A DNA stretch of 29,982 nt from Promethearchaeia archaeon (GTDB taxonomy: Archaea; Asgardarchaeota; Lokiarchaeia; Sigyniarchaeales; SOKP01). The position numbers and the translations under genes are program-made. Where the stretch lies: assembly GCA_029856105.1 (NCBI GenBank), contig JAHQWH010000123.1, forward strand, positions 1 to 29,982, written 5' to 3'. Positions 1-8,789 of this stretch are shown piece after piece. The notes under the pieces were generated by a model. That model saw only the letters and a list, made by a program, of their open reading frames with translations. It made no database searches and was not told the DNA's origin. How positions within the stretch are numbered: position 1 is the stretch's first letter; each line of letters begins with the position of its first letter.

Positions 1-1141
1 GTAAAATTCTAGACTCGCTAGATAAATTCATTTTCGATTTAAGATCGCTGTAACTGTTATTTTGAAGTATTTCTGTCAATATACCTAAACTTACTGCTCC
101 TGATTCTCCTGAGATTATTTGAGGATCATTTAGTAGCGGATTACCATAAATTCTCATACCTTTAGCGGCAATATCGTCCGAGCATGAAATAAAGACGTCG
201 GAGTAATCTCTTAAAACATCCCATGCAATTATGCTAGGTTTGCCACAAGCAAGTCCTGCCATGATCGTTGACAAATTCCCTTTAACCGAATGTGGATTAT
301 TATCACCAATCTTCGCTGATTTATACAGACACGCAGCGTTATGCGGTTCGATTACAACAGTTATGGGTCTTTCTTTGCCTATTTTAGTCATAAAATATCC
401 TTGAACACCTGCAGCTAAAGAACCAACCCCTGCTTGTAGAAATATGTGAGTGGGCGTGGAACTTCCTTCAATTTTTAGCTGTTCAAAAGCCTCATCAATC
501 AGAGTTGCATAACCTTGCATTATCCAGGTTGGAATTTTAGTGTATCCTTCCCAAGCAGTATCTTGAATTAAAACGCCATTATTTTCAATTGCAAAGTTTG
601 CAGCTATTTTTACTGTCTCATCGTAATAATCGTCCGTAACGATAACTTCGGCGTTTTCTTTTTTAATATTATTAACGCGGAATTTGGACGAGCCTTTAGG
701 CATAAATACGACGGCTTTTTGGTCAAGTTCTCTAGCAGCCCACGCAACACCTCGCCCGTGGTTTCCATCTGTGGCCGTTACAAAAGTTAATTCTCCAATT
801 TTCTTTTTATATTCGGGCGATTTTAAGTCGTCAAATGACAGTTCGCTAATATCAATATCTAATTTAAGACTAAGATAAATTCCAATTGCGTACGATCCTC
901 CTAAAACTTTGAACGCATTCAATCCAAACCTATAGGATTCGTCTTTTACCCAAATTTTATCTATATGTAATTTATTGGCTAAACCATTTAACGAACGAAG
1001 TGGCGTTGGTTGATATTGAGAGAACTTTTTATGAAAATTTCTGACTTTGTTGATTGTATCCATAGATATAAAATCGGTAGATGCTTTCTCAATTGATGGA
1101 CCTCTTGAGCGATAATTTAAAAAATACCTAATTCCTTTCAT
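1..1141 (-). CDS. dpaL: Diaminopropionate ammonia-lyase (PLP fold type II), 3' end truncated by window edge; not in the ORF track
   Basis: Manual translation from ATG at 1141: MKGIRYFLN...YQPTPLRSL...WVKDESYRFGLNAFKVLGGSYAI...TATDGNHGRGVAWAA...QDTAWEGY...QAGVGSLA...TIMAGLACG...SGESGA; all characteristic DpaL/YgeX motifs. Confidence 0.93.
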   Translation of the reverse strand, partial: MKGIRYFLNYRSRGPSIEKASTDFISMDTINKVRNFHKKFSQYQPTPLRSLNGLANKLHIDKIWVKDESYRFGLNAFKVLGGSYAIGIYLSLKLDIDISELSFDDLKSPEYKKKIGELTFVTATDGNHGRGVAWAARELDQKAVVFMPKGSSKFRVNNIKKENAEVIVTDDYYDETVKIAANFAIENNGVLIQDTAWEGYTKIPTWIMQGYATLIDEAFEQLKIEGSSTPTHIFLQAGVGSLAAGVQGYFMTKIGKERPITVVIEPHNAACLYKSAKIGDNNPHSVKGNLSTIMAGLACGKPSIIAWDVLRDYSDVFISCSDDIAAKGMRIYGNPLLNDPQIISGESGAVSLGILTEILQNNSYSDLKSKMNLSSESRIL

Positions 1142-1142
1142 T

Positions 1143-1655
1143 TCACCATTTCTTTCTCAATTGTTTTCGCGTTAGCTTTCTAACATGGTTAACTGCCCAT
1201 ATGACAAATTTATTACACTTGCTTTCCCAAGTCCCACTTTTGCTATATTCCGTAAATCCTTCAGGAGTACTGAAATCGTATCCACATAATTTCGAACACA
1301 CAACCGAACCGAATTCATTTTCAAAATCAGTGCAATATTTTGATGCTTTTAAGTAAGCCATAGCCATTTGTCCTTCGTCCATTTTTTTTTCACCACCCAT
1401 TATTACTCCAATTGCAGCACACGCTCCTGTAACAGCTCCACAAGCCCCTTGCCATCCATTTTTGGCTTTATAACCCCCAAAACCACCTGCTAATGGCATT
1501 GCAAGGTTATGAAACATGTAAGAGTCTACTCCTATAACATCCAAAATGTTGGTCAAGGTTAATTCACAGCAATTGACCCCTCTTCTCATTTTAGGAAGTA
1601 CTTTCTTTAAATTTTCAATTTTTTCATCAAATTTGTTATTAATATCATTTTCCAT
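1143..1655 (-). CDS. C_GCAxxG_C_C family putative redox-active protein
   Basis: NCCE...LAGGFGG...GACGAVTGA...FGSVVCSKL...C pattern. Confidence 0.85.
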   Translation of the reverse strand: MENDINNKFDEKIENLKKVLPKMRRGVNCCELTLTNILDVIGVDSYMFHNLAMPLAGGFGGYKAKNGWQGACGAVTGACAAIGVIMGGEKKMDEGQMAMAYLKASKYCTDFENEFGSVVCSKLCGYDFSTPEGFTEYSKSGTWESKCNKFVIWAVNHVRKLTRKQLRKKW

Positions 1656-1660
1656 TTAGA

Positions 1661-2188
1661 TTACACCATCTCTGGAGGTTCAAATCCACTATTTAATATA
1701 ATTTTTGTAGCAAGCTTAGCTACATTGCCAACGATAGTAGAGCAATTATCCATCATACCCGCCTTAAACGCTTCTTTCATTTCGTCAGCATTCCATAAAT
1801 TGAATGTCCTACCCATCGTTTTTTCTTGAACATCGAAACAGCGACAAGAACCGTATTGTTTAACGTATTTATCGTGTAACTTTTTAACAAGCGTGTAAGA
1901 TTTCATTGGTTTATACATATCTTTAAAATCTTCCCGACCCCTTCCAAAGAGATACCCTATTACCATAGAAGATCCAACAAGCGCCCCACAAGAACCATCG
2001 CCCGTTAACCCCAATCCATCGGCTAAACCGCTAGCAGCTCTAAAAACATCTTCGTTCCAGATCCCTAACGATTCAAAAATCGCCGCAACTGCCGTTTGAG
2101 CGCACCCCGTACATTCTTGCTCGTACTTTTTCCCCAACTCAAATGCTTTATTTAAAATCTCATCTTTTTTGTCTTTCTTATCCTTCAT
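1661..2188 (-). CDS. C_GCAxxG_C_C family putative redox-active protein
   Basis: GCAQ...GLADGLG...GSCGALVG...YGSCRC...C pattern; 5 bp from the paralogue downstream. Confidence 0.85.
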   Translation of the reverse strand: MKDKKDKKDEILNKAFELGKKYEQECTGCAQTAVAAIFESLGIWNEDVFRAASGLADGLGLTGDGSCGALVGSSMVIGYLFGRGREDFKDMYKPMKSYTLVKKLHDKYVKQYGSCRCFDVQEKTMGRTFNLWNADEMKEAFKAGMMDNCSTIVGNVAKLATKIILNSGFEPPEMV

Positions 2189-2311
2189 AACGTATCACTC
2201 ATTTATTGATAATATCATTTAAATAATGATAAATATAAATCTTTAATGAATAATAATTGAATTGATTAGATTATCTTCTTTTTTAATTTAAAGTAATTTA
2301 TATTTGCTTTC

Positions 2312-3118
2312 ATGACAGTCTTTCCCAATAGGTTATTTCACGCGAAATTTGATAGGCTCTTGAAGAGGATACCATTACTAGGCAAAATCCTAGCGTCATT
2401 TTTTAGCATTTTTGAGATATTAATGCTAGAAATCTTCAGATTTCTCAATAATAAGTTTAACATTAGCACTATCAATATAGTAAATAGGTACATCTTTAAG
2501 AAAAGATGGGGTGGAAAGGTTGTTCCATTGAACGTAAACTTTGATGTTGACACTAAATTTCTTCCTTCTCAAGAAATCTTAGAACTTCTAAGTAGGTCTA
2601 ATGTTGTTGGAATAGGAAATTGTTATTGTAGAGAAACGCAACGAAAGTATTCAGATAAGCCGAATTGCGATCATCCTATTAAAACTTGTATCCATTTAGG
2701 GTTTGGAAGTTCTTTACACGAGATTCCCTATAAATCCGAAAAATTGGAAAAAGTTTCAAAGGAAGAAATCAAACAGCTTCTAGAAGAATGCGATCAGAGA
2801 GGACTTGTACACCAAATTATATATTTCCCTAATCCCGAATTTTATTACGTAGTATGTAACTGCTGTCCGTGTTGCTGTGTAGTTATGAATAAGTTCTTAA
2901 AAAGCGGCTCGCCTCAAATGATTAAAAGCGATTTTATAGCTTATAGCAACCCAAATAAATGCAATAATTGTGGATTATGCGAGCAATGGTGTTATTTTGG
3001 AGCAAGAAAACTCCTTAACGAAAAATTAACATTTTTCCCCGATTTATGCTTTGGTTGTGGAGTTTGCGTTTCTAAATGTCCTGAAGAAGCTATTATTTTA
3101 AGGAAAAAATCACGATAA
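2312..3118 (+). CDS. Multi-cluster Fe-S protein with C-terminal 2x[4Fe-4S] ferredoxin domain
   Basis: CYCR...C...C, CNCCPCCC, then CxxCxxCxxxC twice (CNNCGLCEQWC, CFGCGVCVSKCP); hydrophobic/amphipathic N-terminus. Confidence 0.85.
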   Translation: MTVFPNRLFHAKFDRLLKRIPLLGKILASFFSIFEILMLEIFRFLNNKFNISTINIVNRYIFKKRWGGKVVPLNVNFDVDTKFLPSQEILELLSRSNVVGIGNCYCRETQRKYSDKPNCDHPIKTCIHLGFGSSLHEIPYKSEKLEKVSKEEIKQLLEECDQRGLVHQIIYFPNPEFYYVVCNCCPCCCVVMNKFLKSGSPQMIKSDFIAYSNPNKCNNCGLCEQWCYFGARKLLNEKLTFFPDLCFGCGVCVSKCPEEAIILRKKSR

Positions 3119-3170
3119 GAAATTTATCCAAAAACTAATAATTAATAATGGGTAAATTCTTTTAAAAAGT

Positions 3171-3860
3171 ATGAAATCTGACTTTTCTTTCGAAATTAAA
3201 ATCGTTTATGACGACATCTGCGCACAACCGGGTTTTTTAACTGGGTTTGGTTTTTCAACTTTAATTTATAATAATCTCTCAAAAACCCACTTATTGTTTG
3301 ATACGGGAACCAAGGGGGATATTCTAATTCACAACATAAACAAGTTTAACGTTAAAGTTTCAGAAATAAAGAAGATTATAATTTCTCACAACCACTACGA
3401 CCATGCTGGAGGTTTAAAAGAAATTTATCAAATTAATCACGATATTGAAATTTACGTGCCACTCCGCGATATAAAATCTTTCATAAAGGCTTACCCCGAA
3501 GCTCAAGTTCAAGCTATCTCTGAAATGATTGAGATAGACAAGAATATTTTTTCATCTGGTCAATTTGGAAGTAGATTCTTAGCAGAACAATCTTTGTTTT
3601 TGAAAACAGAAAAAAACGATTTAATAATAATCTCAGGTTGCGCACATCCAGGTTTAGAAACATTTATTTTAAAGGGTCGAATAATGTCGAAAAAAATTAA
3701 AGCCGTTATAGGGGGTTTCCATGGATTTCGAGAATTTTCTTTTCTAGAAGGAATTGAATTCGTAGGAGCTTGCCACTGTACGCAAAAAATAAGGGAAATA
3801 AAGCAAAGATTTCCTGAACAATTTAAAGATATATGTGTTGGTAATAGTTATTCATTTTAA
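3171..3860 (+). CDS. MBL-fold metallo-hydrolase (MJ0301-like family)
   Basis: LFDTG, SHNHYDHAGG (HxHxDH), GCAHPG, GGFH, CHCT motifs. Confidence 0.85.
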   Translation: MKSDFSFEIKIVYDDICAQPGFLTGFGFSTLIYNNLSKTHLLFDTGTKGDILIHNINKFNVKVSEIKKIIISHNHYDHAGGLKEIYQINHDIEIYVPLRDIKSFIKAYPEAQVQAISEMIEIDKNIFSSGQFGSRFLAEQSLFLKTEKNDLIIISGCAHPGLETFILKGRIMSKKIKAVIGGFHGFREFSFLEGIEFVGACHCTQKIREIKQRFPEQFKDICVGNSYSF

Positions 3861-4049
3861 TTCCTTTCGAATCTCTCCATTAGGAAGTAAATTATCGGGA
3901 TGAAATTCTCCACTCTCTTCTTTCTGGTATCTAATACAATTCTTATTTCCTATTAAACAGTAATCTTCAACCCATTTTTTTTCAAGCATTCCGTGATCGA
4001 CAAAATATTTAATCGGGCAACATTGATACCATTTACATATTTTTTTCAA
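3852..4049 (-). CDS. Small Cys-rich, probably metal-binding protein
   Basis: 65 aa, CKWYQCCP...YC...CIRY...HPDNLLPNG; TTG start with AGGT upstream; 3' end overlaps the convergent MBL gene by 9 bp. Confidence 0.7.
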   Translation of the reverse strand: MKKICKWYQCCPIKYFVDHGMLEKKWVEDYCLIGNKNCIRYQKEESGEFHPDNLLPNGEIRKELK

Positions 4050-4160
4050 TTGTGCAACCTAAGTATGATTTTTTGAATTTTTTTGTATAACAATAAATAT
4101 GAATATTATTATTAAGTTTATAGTTTATAGGGTTTAAACATCAAATGTATAATATCAAAA

Positions 4161-4598
4161 ATGAAAGAACTGTATGAAATAGGGCTGGTATTTCGGGGTT
4201 TTGTTTTGGTTAGTCACGTGTTTAAAAACGTTGAAAAAAAAGATAATCTTAAGAGTATAAATAAAGATTTGAGGGGAGCTTTTATATCAGCTATTAATCT
4301 TTTTGCTAAGAATGCGTTTAACAACTTATGTTTAGAATACTTAGAGTCTAATAATATTTTATTTATCTTCAAAGCTTTTGAAATACAAGCTTCCGATTCT
4401 AATCAAAAAGAGTCTATCATTTTGTATAGTTTAATAGATAAAAAGAAAAAAGATACGGATAAATTTGTTAAGAAATTTCTAGAGAAAATCGAACCCATTT
4501 CACTACTCTTTGTTTCTAGATATAATAATAAAGATTTTTCAGAATTAAATCAATTTGAGCCTTTTCAAAACGAAATCAAAGAGTTTGCATATACCTAA
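4161..4598 (+). CDS. Stand-alone longin-like domain protein
   Basis: 145 aa; N-terminal beta hairpin (IGLVFRGFVLVS), helix DLRGAFISAINLFAK, three strands, two C-terminal helices ending F-x-x-F-x-x-x-I; fits the longin beta-beta-alpha-beta-beta-beta-alpha-alpha layout. Confidence 0.65.
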   Translation: MKELYEIGLVFRGFVLVSHVFKNVEKKDNLKSINKDLRGAFISAINLFAKNAFNNLCLEYLESNNILFIFKAFEIQASDSNQKESIILYSLIDKKKKDTDKFVKKFLEKIEPISLLFVSRYNNKDFSELNQFEPFQNEIKEFAYT

Positions 4599-4605
4599 TT
4601 AAAAA

Positions 4606-6288
4606 TTAAACTTTTCCTAAACTCCAGCCTTTAGGTTCTGAACGCGAGTACACAATAACGCCTTCCATCCTTAATTTATCGAGTTGCTTTTCCACTACTT
4701 CTCTCTCGTATCCTAAAATGACCATATCGTCGACCAGTTTTGTTTTGGATCGTATTAATTTCTGTTTTTCTAAATGAGTAATAATTATTGTTCTTATATT
4801 CACTTCCGTTATAGTCTCTGTTGGAACATTCTTTCCATTTCCCATTGTTTTTTGAGGTTCTTTTTTTAAGGCGTCGATTAGCGCTCCTCCTTTTTTTGAG
4901 GGCATTTCTTGCTCTATCACTACAGGTTTTGCTACAGGTTTTGATTTCTTACCTTTTTTCGCGGGAGTTGCGACCGCACCGCTTAAACCTATCTTATCCT
5001 CTGGTAGTGTCCAAACTGAATATGTAATTTTTTCGTAAGAATCAGATTTTTCTGAGATCATACGTTGGAATTCTTCAGCAACGCTATCAGTTAGATATCC
5101 TCTCTTCTCTAACTCTTTTGCAATACCCAAAATAATCTTATTATCTATTAAATATTTGAAAATATATTCTCTGATGTTTGTCGGAACTGTTTCAAATTTA
5201 AATGGTTCTTCTACTTTTACTTCCGCTTCTGTTGGTTGAGGTTCTACAATATTGTTTGGAATTTCAAGCGGAGGTTTTTTGCCCCATTCGAAATCACAGA
5301 TGCATCTAAGACTTCGATCGTATCCTCCAACTATAATGCGTGTTAAATCTTCTTTAGGATCCTTCATAGTAGATACGATTTTTATTGAATTATCTGCAGA
5401 AGCTTTCCATTTCAGCTCTAGATCTATCGAATTTAGATTGGTGTTGTGATATATCCGAAGAGTGCCGTCTGCACATCCTACTATAATTTCTTTTGCGTTA
5501 TCACCGTCAATATCAACTAATTTTAAAGATATAGGTCGTCCTTCTTCAAGAGTTATAGATTTTAACTCATTACCTTCGCTATCAAATATTATTATTTGAG
5601 ATGCGTCTGTACCTACTACTATTTCGTTGAAACCGTCATTTCTTACATCGCCCACTTCAATTGTATTAATTTGAGAACCCATATCTTTTTGCCAGATAAT
5701 ATCTGGTTTGCCTTCTTTAAACTGGATTAATTGAAGCATACCATTTTTAGTGCCAACTAATAATCCGTTAATAGATTTATTCACATCTAACAGCTTTAAA
5801 TACCCTAATGTGCAAGCAGATACCCACGAATCGTAATAAAAAACATACTTAGGATCAGTGGAATCAATGTTTTCGAATATTTTTAGTGTTTTATCTTCGC
5901 TACCGTGAATCAATTCAATATTTCCATTTCTAGTGAAATCACCACCAGTTACACATAGTACCTTACCCTTAGATTTATAGTTCATAATCCCTGCTAGCTT
6001 ATTAATACCCTTTACGAACTTTACTACTAAAAAATTACCGTCTCCTGCTCCTACTATTACTTCTTGGCATCCATCTTTAGTAATATCTATAGGATAAGTA
6101 GTTCTTACCCACCCATCAAACGTAATACTATCGAGGATGTTTAATTCTTCGTTCATTAAGTATAAAGTCTTGTCATGGCCTCCAAATACTAAATACGAGT
6201 TGTCTCCACATTCAAGTGTGGAGCAAGTTAAAACAGCATCAGGACATTCAAACATCCAATCTAAATTAAAATGTTTTTTATCCGACAT
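4606..6288 (-). CDS. FG-GAP/WD-type beta-propeller (BBS2/ITFG2-like motifs) with C-terminal winged-helix repeats
   Basis: Repeated blades DITKDGCQEVIVGAGDG, DFTRNGNIELIHGSEDKT, DVRNDGFNEIVVGTD, DIDGDNAKEIIVGCADGT, IIVGGYDRS; no signal peptide; wHTH-like C-terminus. Confidence 0.8.
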   Translation of the reverse strand: MSDKKHFNLDWMFECPDAVLTCSTLECGDNSYLVFGGHDKTLYLMNEELNILDSITFDGWVRTTYPIDITKDGCQEVIVGAGDGNFLVVKFVKGINKLAGIMNYKSKGKVLCVTGGDFTRNGNIELIHGSEDKTLKIFENIDSTDPKYVFYYDSWVSACTLGYLKLLDVNKSINGLLVGTKNGMLQLIQFKEGKPDIIWQKDMGSQINTIEVGDVRNDGFNEIVVGTDASQIIIFDSEGNELKSITLEEGRPISLKLVDIDGDNAKEIIVGCADGTLRIYHNTNLNSIDLELKWKASADNSIKIVSTMKDPKEDLTRIIVGGYDRSLRCICDFEWGKKPPLEIPNNIVEPQPTEAEVKVEEPFKFETVPTNIREYIFKYLIDNKIILGIAKELEKRGYLTDSVAEEFQRMISEKSDSYEKITYSVWTLPEDKIGLSGAVATPAKKGKKSKPVAKPVVIEQEMPSKKGGALIDALKKEPQKTMGNGKNVPTETITEVNIRTIIITHLEKQKLIRSKTKLVDDMVILGYEREVVEKQLDKLRMEGVIVYSRSEPKGWSLGKV

Positions 6289-6450
6289 TTGATTATCTCT
6301 AAATTTTAAAATTTATAAACTTTATTCTGTATAAAATCAATACATAATCTATTAGTCTTAAATATAGAAGTTTTTTTAAGCTTATTAAATGATTTTGATA
6401 ATTTAAAAATATAAAAAAAATATAAAAAAAATTAATTTTAAAATTAATAA

Positions 6451-8631
6451 TTATAAAGCGAGTTGAGCGTCGCTTGGACTGTACGCTCCCGTGCCGCTAA
6501 TTTCATAGGTGATTTCTATTTTTTCTTCAGCTAACAGCTTGTCTATAGTCCATTTGAGTGTATCTTGTCCTACTTCGTCCGTTATCTCAGGCTTCATTGA
6601 ATAAGTTCCGTATTCAAAACTATCAGGAACCTTATCTAAAAGCTCTAATTTCTGAAGCGGCGCAGTTCCAATATTCTCGACAGTTAAAATGATCTTGTAA
6701 TTGCCCAAAGCTCCAATTGGAACGACTTCTTTTCCGATTCTGAACCGACGGCGTAAATGTAGAGCCTCGATTACGGGTACTTCTGGCTTAAACTCTAATT
6801 CTTGCGAAATTGGGAAAGTATTAGTGAAATACGTGATCTCTGATTCAAATTTGGCGTCTTGTACAGGATTAATACAATGAATTGGATATTGGAATTCTAA
6901 CGAAGATTCCGGCGCAAACATGCCGTTATCGGAGCGTCTTAGGTCTTTAAGCTCGATTTTAAACACACTGCCATCGAAGTTAACAGCTCCCGAATTTAAA
7001 TCAATTTTGCTTCCATCCCATTTTATCGATATCTCATCGGCTTTAGGTGGCTGAAATTCGTTGTTGAAATATTGCTGAACAACTGTTATTTCGTTTAATG
7101 GAGCAGAGCCATTATTGATCATCTTTAACGTAGCAATAACATCTTTTTCTTTGAATGTTGGAACTTGATCTATATCGTACGCCATATCTCCAGTTATACT
7201 TGCTATTTCTAAGATTACATCTGAGATTACAACGGTCCCGTTTACAATAGTTTGGAAATCAGGCATTACTCGAAATTCAAGTTTCTTTCTAAAAGCAGGA
7301 TAGTCTTCTGAATCGTATCTCCACTTTTTTGAGTGCCATTGGGCGCCAGCGGGTAACAACGGAACATCCTTAGGATCGATGTCGACGTACTTTGTCGATT
7401 CGTCGTCTGGAGAATACACATCTGCGTTAAATAATTGAATTACAAATTCAGAGGGATTCTCAAATACGAGTTTACAATCCCAAGTTCCGGGCTCCTCATC
7501 TCTTTCTAGCGTATCTACATAAAATTTATTTCGAGTATACGCATCGTATTTATCGATATCTAATCCTTCTGCGAAGGACGATGATGCTTCGTATGTTACT
7601 TCAAGTGTGCCTGTTTTTCTCTTTGTAATATCATTCACTGATATCGCGCAAGTGAATTTGCAAATAACAGTTGTTTCGGGCATTAACTTCTCAATGTTCC
7701 AAACAATTTTTTTACCTTCCACATCTGCCCGTCCTACTGATGTATCCCGGACAACTGGATTGCTAAAATCACCAGGAATGTTTTTCGTTACTCTTACATT
7801 TTTTATGGGTTTTTCAAACAAACTCCTCATTGCAATCGCAAATGTCACCGTATTATCTTTATCTATTGAAATACCAAAAGCTTGTAAAGAAAATTCATCT
7901 GTTGCAGTACCGCCATCTGTAGAATAGTCTTCTTCGTCTTCCTCTTCTTCTTCTTCCTCTTTTTCTTCCTCTTCTTCTTCCTCTTCTTCTTCAACAATAG
8001 TACTTCTTTCTTTAACTTTGGTTCCAGCTTTGCTAGTCTTTTCTTTAGCTTTCAACAAATCACTTTCTATGTCTCTCATATTAAGAACGCTATCGGCTTC
8101 AGGAAGCGTATTAACGTATTCTTTAACTAAGAGAAGATTCTTGATTTCACCTTTAATTACAAAATCTTCCTCATAAGCGTTGGTATCATTGTCTGTTCCT
8201 AGTTCTCTTATCTTAATCTCGTTTGATTTAAGAGTTGTGCTATCAATATTTTTTAGAGTTAAATCAATATCCCATAATCGGTCCTTCTTCGATTGATTCT
8301 CCACGCTTAATTTGCCTTGGAAGTTCATCGATTCGATATTTGCCTCGTGATCTAGTTCTACATCGATGTTTTCAATAATTTTTACTAAACCCGTTATTCC
8401 CTCGCGAACACCATCTTTAAGTAAAATTGAACCTTCTAATTCTCCAGTATCTGCATCGTACGTTTCAATCACGGGAGTAGAAAGATCTCTATCAACTAAT
8501 GTAACTTTTCCATCGTCTAAGTCAGATCTTTTTAAACCTTCAGCTATTTTTTCTTCAGCAGCTTCTTCAGCAGCCCAACCAGTGCTGGCTCTAGGCGCTG
8601 CTCGTGGTTTCTTTTCTTTTTTACGTGCCAT
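6451..8631 (-). CDS. Large beta-rich cytoplasmic protein: mu-homology-like domain followed by Ig-like beta-sandwich domains
   Basis: VKIIENIDVELDHEANIESMNFQGKLSV and RSLFEKPIKNVRVTKNIP...TSVGRA...KIVWNIEKL...LEVTYE...AEGLDI resemble adaptin mu/delta-COP C-terminal domain motifs; later LKMINNGSAPL and LTVENIGTAPL...LKWTIDKL Ig-like repeats. The ORF is secure; the product is inferred. Confidence 0.6.
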   Translation of the reverse strand: MARKKEKKPRAAPRASTGWAAEEAAEEKIAEGLKRSDLDDGKVTLVDRDLSTPVIETYDADTGELEGSILLKDGVREGITGLVKIIENIDVELDHEANIESMNFQGKLSVENQSKKDRLWDIDLTLKNIDSTTLKSNEIKIRELGTDNDTNAYEEDFVIKGEIKNLLLVKEYVNTLPEADSVLNMRDIESDLLKAKEKTSKAGTKVKERSTIVEEEEEEEEEEKEEEEEEEDEEDYSTDGGTATDEFSLQAFGISIDKDNTVTFAIAMRSLFEKPIKNVRVTKNIPGDFSNPVVRDTSVGRADVEGKKIVWNIEKLMPETTVICKFTCAISVNDITKRKTGTLEVTYEASSSFAEGLDIDKYDAYTRNKFYVDTLERDEEPGTWDCKLVFENPSEFVIQLFNADVYSPDDESTKYVDIDPKDVPLLPAGAQWHSKKWRYDSEDYPAFRKKLEFRVMPDFQTIVNGTVVISDVILEIASITGDMAYDIDQVPTFKEKDVIATLKMINNGSAPLNEITVVQQYFNNEFQPPKADEISIKWDGSKIDLNSGAVNFDGSVFKIELKDLRRSDNGMFAPESSLEFQYPIHCINPVQDAKFESEITYFTNTFPISQELEFKPEVPVIEALHLRRRFRIGKEVVPIGALGNYKIILTVENIGTAPLQKLELLDKVPDSFEYGTYSMKPEITDEVGQDTLKWTIDKLLAEEKIEITYEISGTGAYSPSDAQLAL
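7925..7993 (-). repeat. Low-complexity (GAA/GAG)n tract encoding poly-Glu
   Basis: tcttcttcctct... run encoding EEEEEEEEEEKEEEEEEEDEED. Confidence 0.85.
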
Positions 8632-8789
8632 GTTAGATTACCTTAATTTTTACATTTCTGTTAATATTATAATTCCATAAATATCTATGGATTAATAATT
8701 TTATATTTTTTATAGAATAAATATACTCACGATAGTTAAAAAAGATTTTTTAACTAAAACATAAATATAATAAAAAGTCATTTAATGCA

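Noticed and set aside
6451-8631. S-layer or secreted DUF11 protein
   Set aside because: No signal peptide or C-terminal membrane anchor, although individual Ig-like domains may still score as DUF11-like
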